A stretch of 64,000 bases of DNA from Fidelibacterota bacterium (GTDB lineage: Bacteria; Fidelibacterota; Marinisomatia; Marinisomatales; TCS55): NCBI GenBank assembly GCA_046861385.1, contig JBHHTW010000007.1:11775-75774 (forward strand), in the 5' to 3' direction. This document shows, one piece after another, positions 62,679 to 64,000 of this stretch; positions within the stretch are counted from its first letter, which is position 1, and each line of letters begins with the position of its first letter. The position numbers and the translations under genes were made by a program. The notes under the pieces are model-generated. The model saw only the letters and a list, made by a program, of their open reading frames with translations. It made no database searches and was not told the DNA's origin.

Positions 62679-62945
62679 ATGAAAAGAATAAATTTAGAAA
62701 TTTTCGGATTAAACAAACATAATCTAATATACAAAACAAAAGAAGATAATATTGTAATTGTGAAAAACCGTAAAAGCAGAATTATTATGAAAGACGGAAA
62801 TAAACTATTGGAAATAGCTGATAAAATCAAAGAAAAAATCCCAAATGCAAAAATTGAACTTCTCACGACAGCGCCCATCTGCAGCAAAACAAAAGCTTTT
62901 TTAGAAAAAAACGGAATCCCAACAAAACAAGTAGATGTTCTCTAA
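62679..62945 (+). CDS. Hypothetical protein
   Basis: 88-aa ORF (RKSRIIMKDG..., APICSK) whose end overlaps the MATE start. Confidence 0.65.
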   Translation: MKRINLEIFGLNKHNLIYKTKEDNIVIVKNRKSRIIMKDGNKLLEIADKIKEKIPNAKIELLTTAPICSKTKAFLEKNGIPTKQVDVL

Positions 62946-64000
62946 TATTATAAAAATAATAAAGCCAAAAGACAAAGCCGTATCAAATCAGGTTATAAAA
63001 CTTGCTTTGCCAGTGATCGTCAGCAACCTAAGCCGCGTTTTAATGAGCGTGGTAGATGTCGCCATGGTCGGGCGGCTTGGTACAGCAGCCCTTGCTGCGA
63101 CCGGCATGGGCGCCATGTTGTTTTGGGGGGCGTTAAGCCTTGTCTTGGGGATCAGAACCTCAACGCAAACGATAGCATCAAGAAGGCTGGGTCAGAAAAA
63201 ATTTGAAGAATGCGGCACTGCAATGCATAACGGAATACTCCTGGCGGCGATTTATAGTCTACCGGTCTCTGCTGTTGTTTACTATTTTTCCGAGGAAATT
63301 ATACATTTTTTCATTGAGGATTCCACGGCAGCGGCGTTATGTATAACATACTTTAAAATTGTATTTATTGGTTTGTTTTTTTCCTCGCTGTCTTTTGTGT
63401 TTCAGGGTTTTTTTACAGGAATTGAAAAAACAAGAATTCACATGACAGTTTCAGTTACCAGTAATATAATAAATGTGTATTTAAATGCAGGTTTAATATA
63501 CGGAACAAATTCAGTTTTGAATTTTTTTGATGGGTACCCCGCTATAAGCTGGATTGGCAATCTATGGGCGTGGGTTGAATTTCCAGCGATGGGAGTTGAA
63601 GGAGCGGCGATAGCAACATTAATTGCATCCGCCTGGTTGATAGCGCATTATTGTTTTTATCTTTTTTCTGAAGAACAAAAAAAGAAATACAAAACATTAT
63701 CATTGACAATAAATAAAACAATGATGTTTCGACAAATCAGGCTTGCTTTACCTCAGGGTTCACAAGAGATGGCCGTGGCAATAGGATGGTCAATGTATTA
63801 TAAAATAATGGGAATGATCGGATTAGTAGAACTGGCCACAACGGAACTTGTTTTTACAATTATGCATGCGTCTTTTATGCCTGCAATTGGGGTTGGGCAA
63901 GCTGGAGCAACCTTGGTAGGGAAATTCATGGGAGAACGTCGATTTGATAAAGCTGAAACAAGTATTTACGAATCTATTCGATGGGCCGAGATCATTATGG
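62935..64000 (+). CDS. MATE-family efflux transporter (runs off window end)
   Basis: Hand translation: KLALPVIVSNLSRVLMSVVDVAMVGRLGTAALAATG...MGVEGAAIAT. Confidence 0.9.
   Translation, partial: MFSNIIKIIKPKDKAVSNQVIKLALPVIVSNLSRVLMSVVDVAMVGRLGTAALAATGMGAMLFWGALSLVLGIRTSTQTIASRRLGQKKFEECGTAMHNGILLAAIYSLPVSAVVYYFSEEIIHFFIEDSTAAALCITYFKIVFIGLFFSSLSFVFQGFFTGIEKTRIHMTVSVTSNIINVYLNAGLIYGTNSVLNFFDGYPAISWIGNLWAWVEFPAMGVEGAAIATLIASAWLIAHYCFYLFSEEQKKKYKTLSLTINKTMMFRQIRLALPQGSQEMAVAIGWSMYYKIMGMIGLVELATTELVFTIMHASFMPAIGVGQAGATLVGKFMGERRFDKAETSIYESIRWAEIIM

Overview
AT-rich bacterial chromosome segment spanning the replication origin. The gene content (T9SS/FlgD-type C-terminal domains, a PorV-family protein, CarboxypepD_reg TonB receptors) points to an FCB-group organism, possibly Ca. 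Marinimicrobia; this is an inference. The left half (1-36.7 kb) is mostly minus strand. It holds a TonB receptor/CTD-cargo/PorV/CTD-cargo cassette, a second TonB receptor with a beta-helix lipoprotein, a TetR-LolA-like-OMP-MMPL operon, an asnB/IYD/arsC/asparaginase group, a plus-strand MarR-DoxX-YceI-pirin-tag-VOC operon, and pyk-ppdK. The right half is the core origin region: ssb, a degenerate lexA-like gene, dnaA (minus), then rpmH-yidD-yidC-mnmE-mnmG-mfd-ppiC-surA, oriC, and dnaN-recF-dciA-gyrB-gyrA-yggS. Highlights not evident from the ORF track: (1) an Asn-rich 24-aa leader peptide with terminator/antiterminator upstream of asnB, i.e. an asparagine-sensing attenuator; (2) an ArsC with in-frame UGA at the catalytic Cys12 position plus a SECIS-like hairpin (selenoprotein); (3) a non-cleavable LexA-like gene between dnaA and ssb; (4) oriC separated from an inverted dnaA by about 10.6 kb; (5) rnpA missing from the rpmH-yidD operon; (6) two parS sites at gene starts. 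No rRNA, tRNA, CRISPR array or mobile element was recognised.
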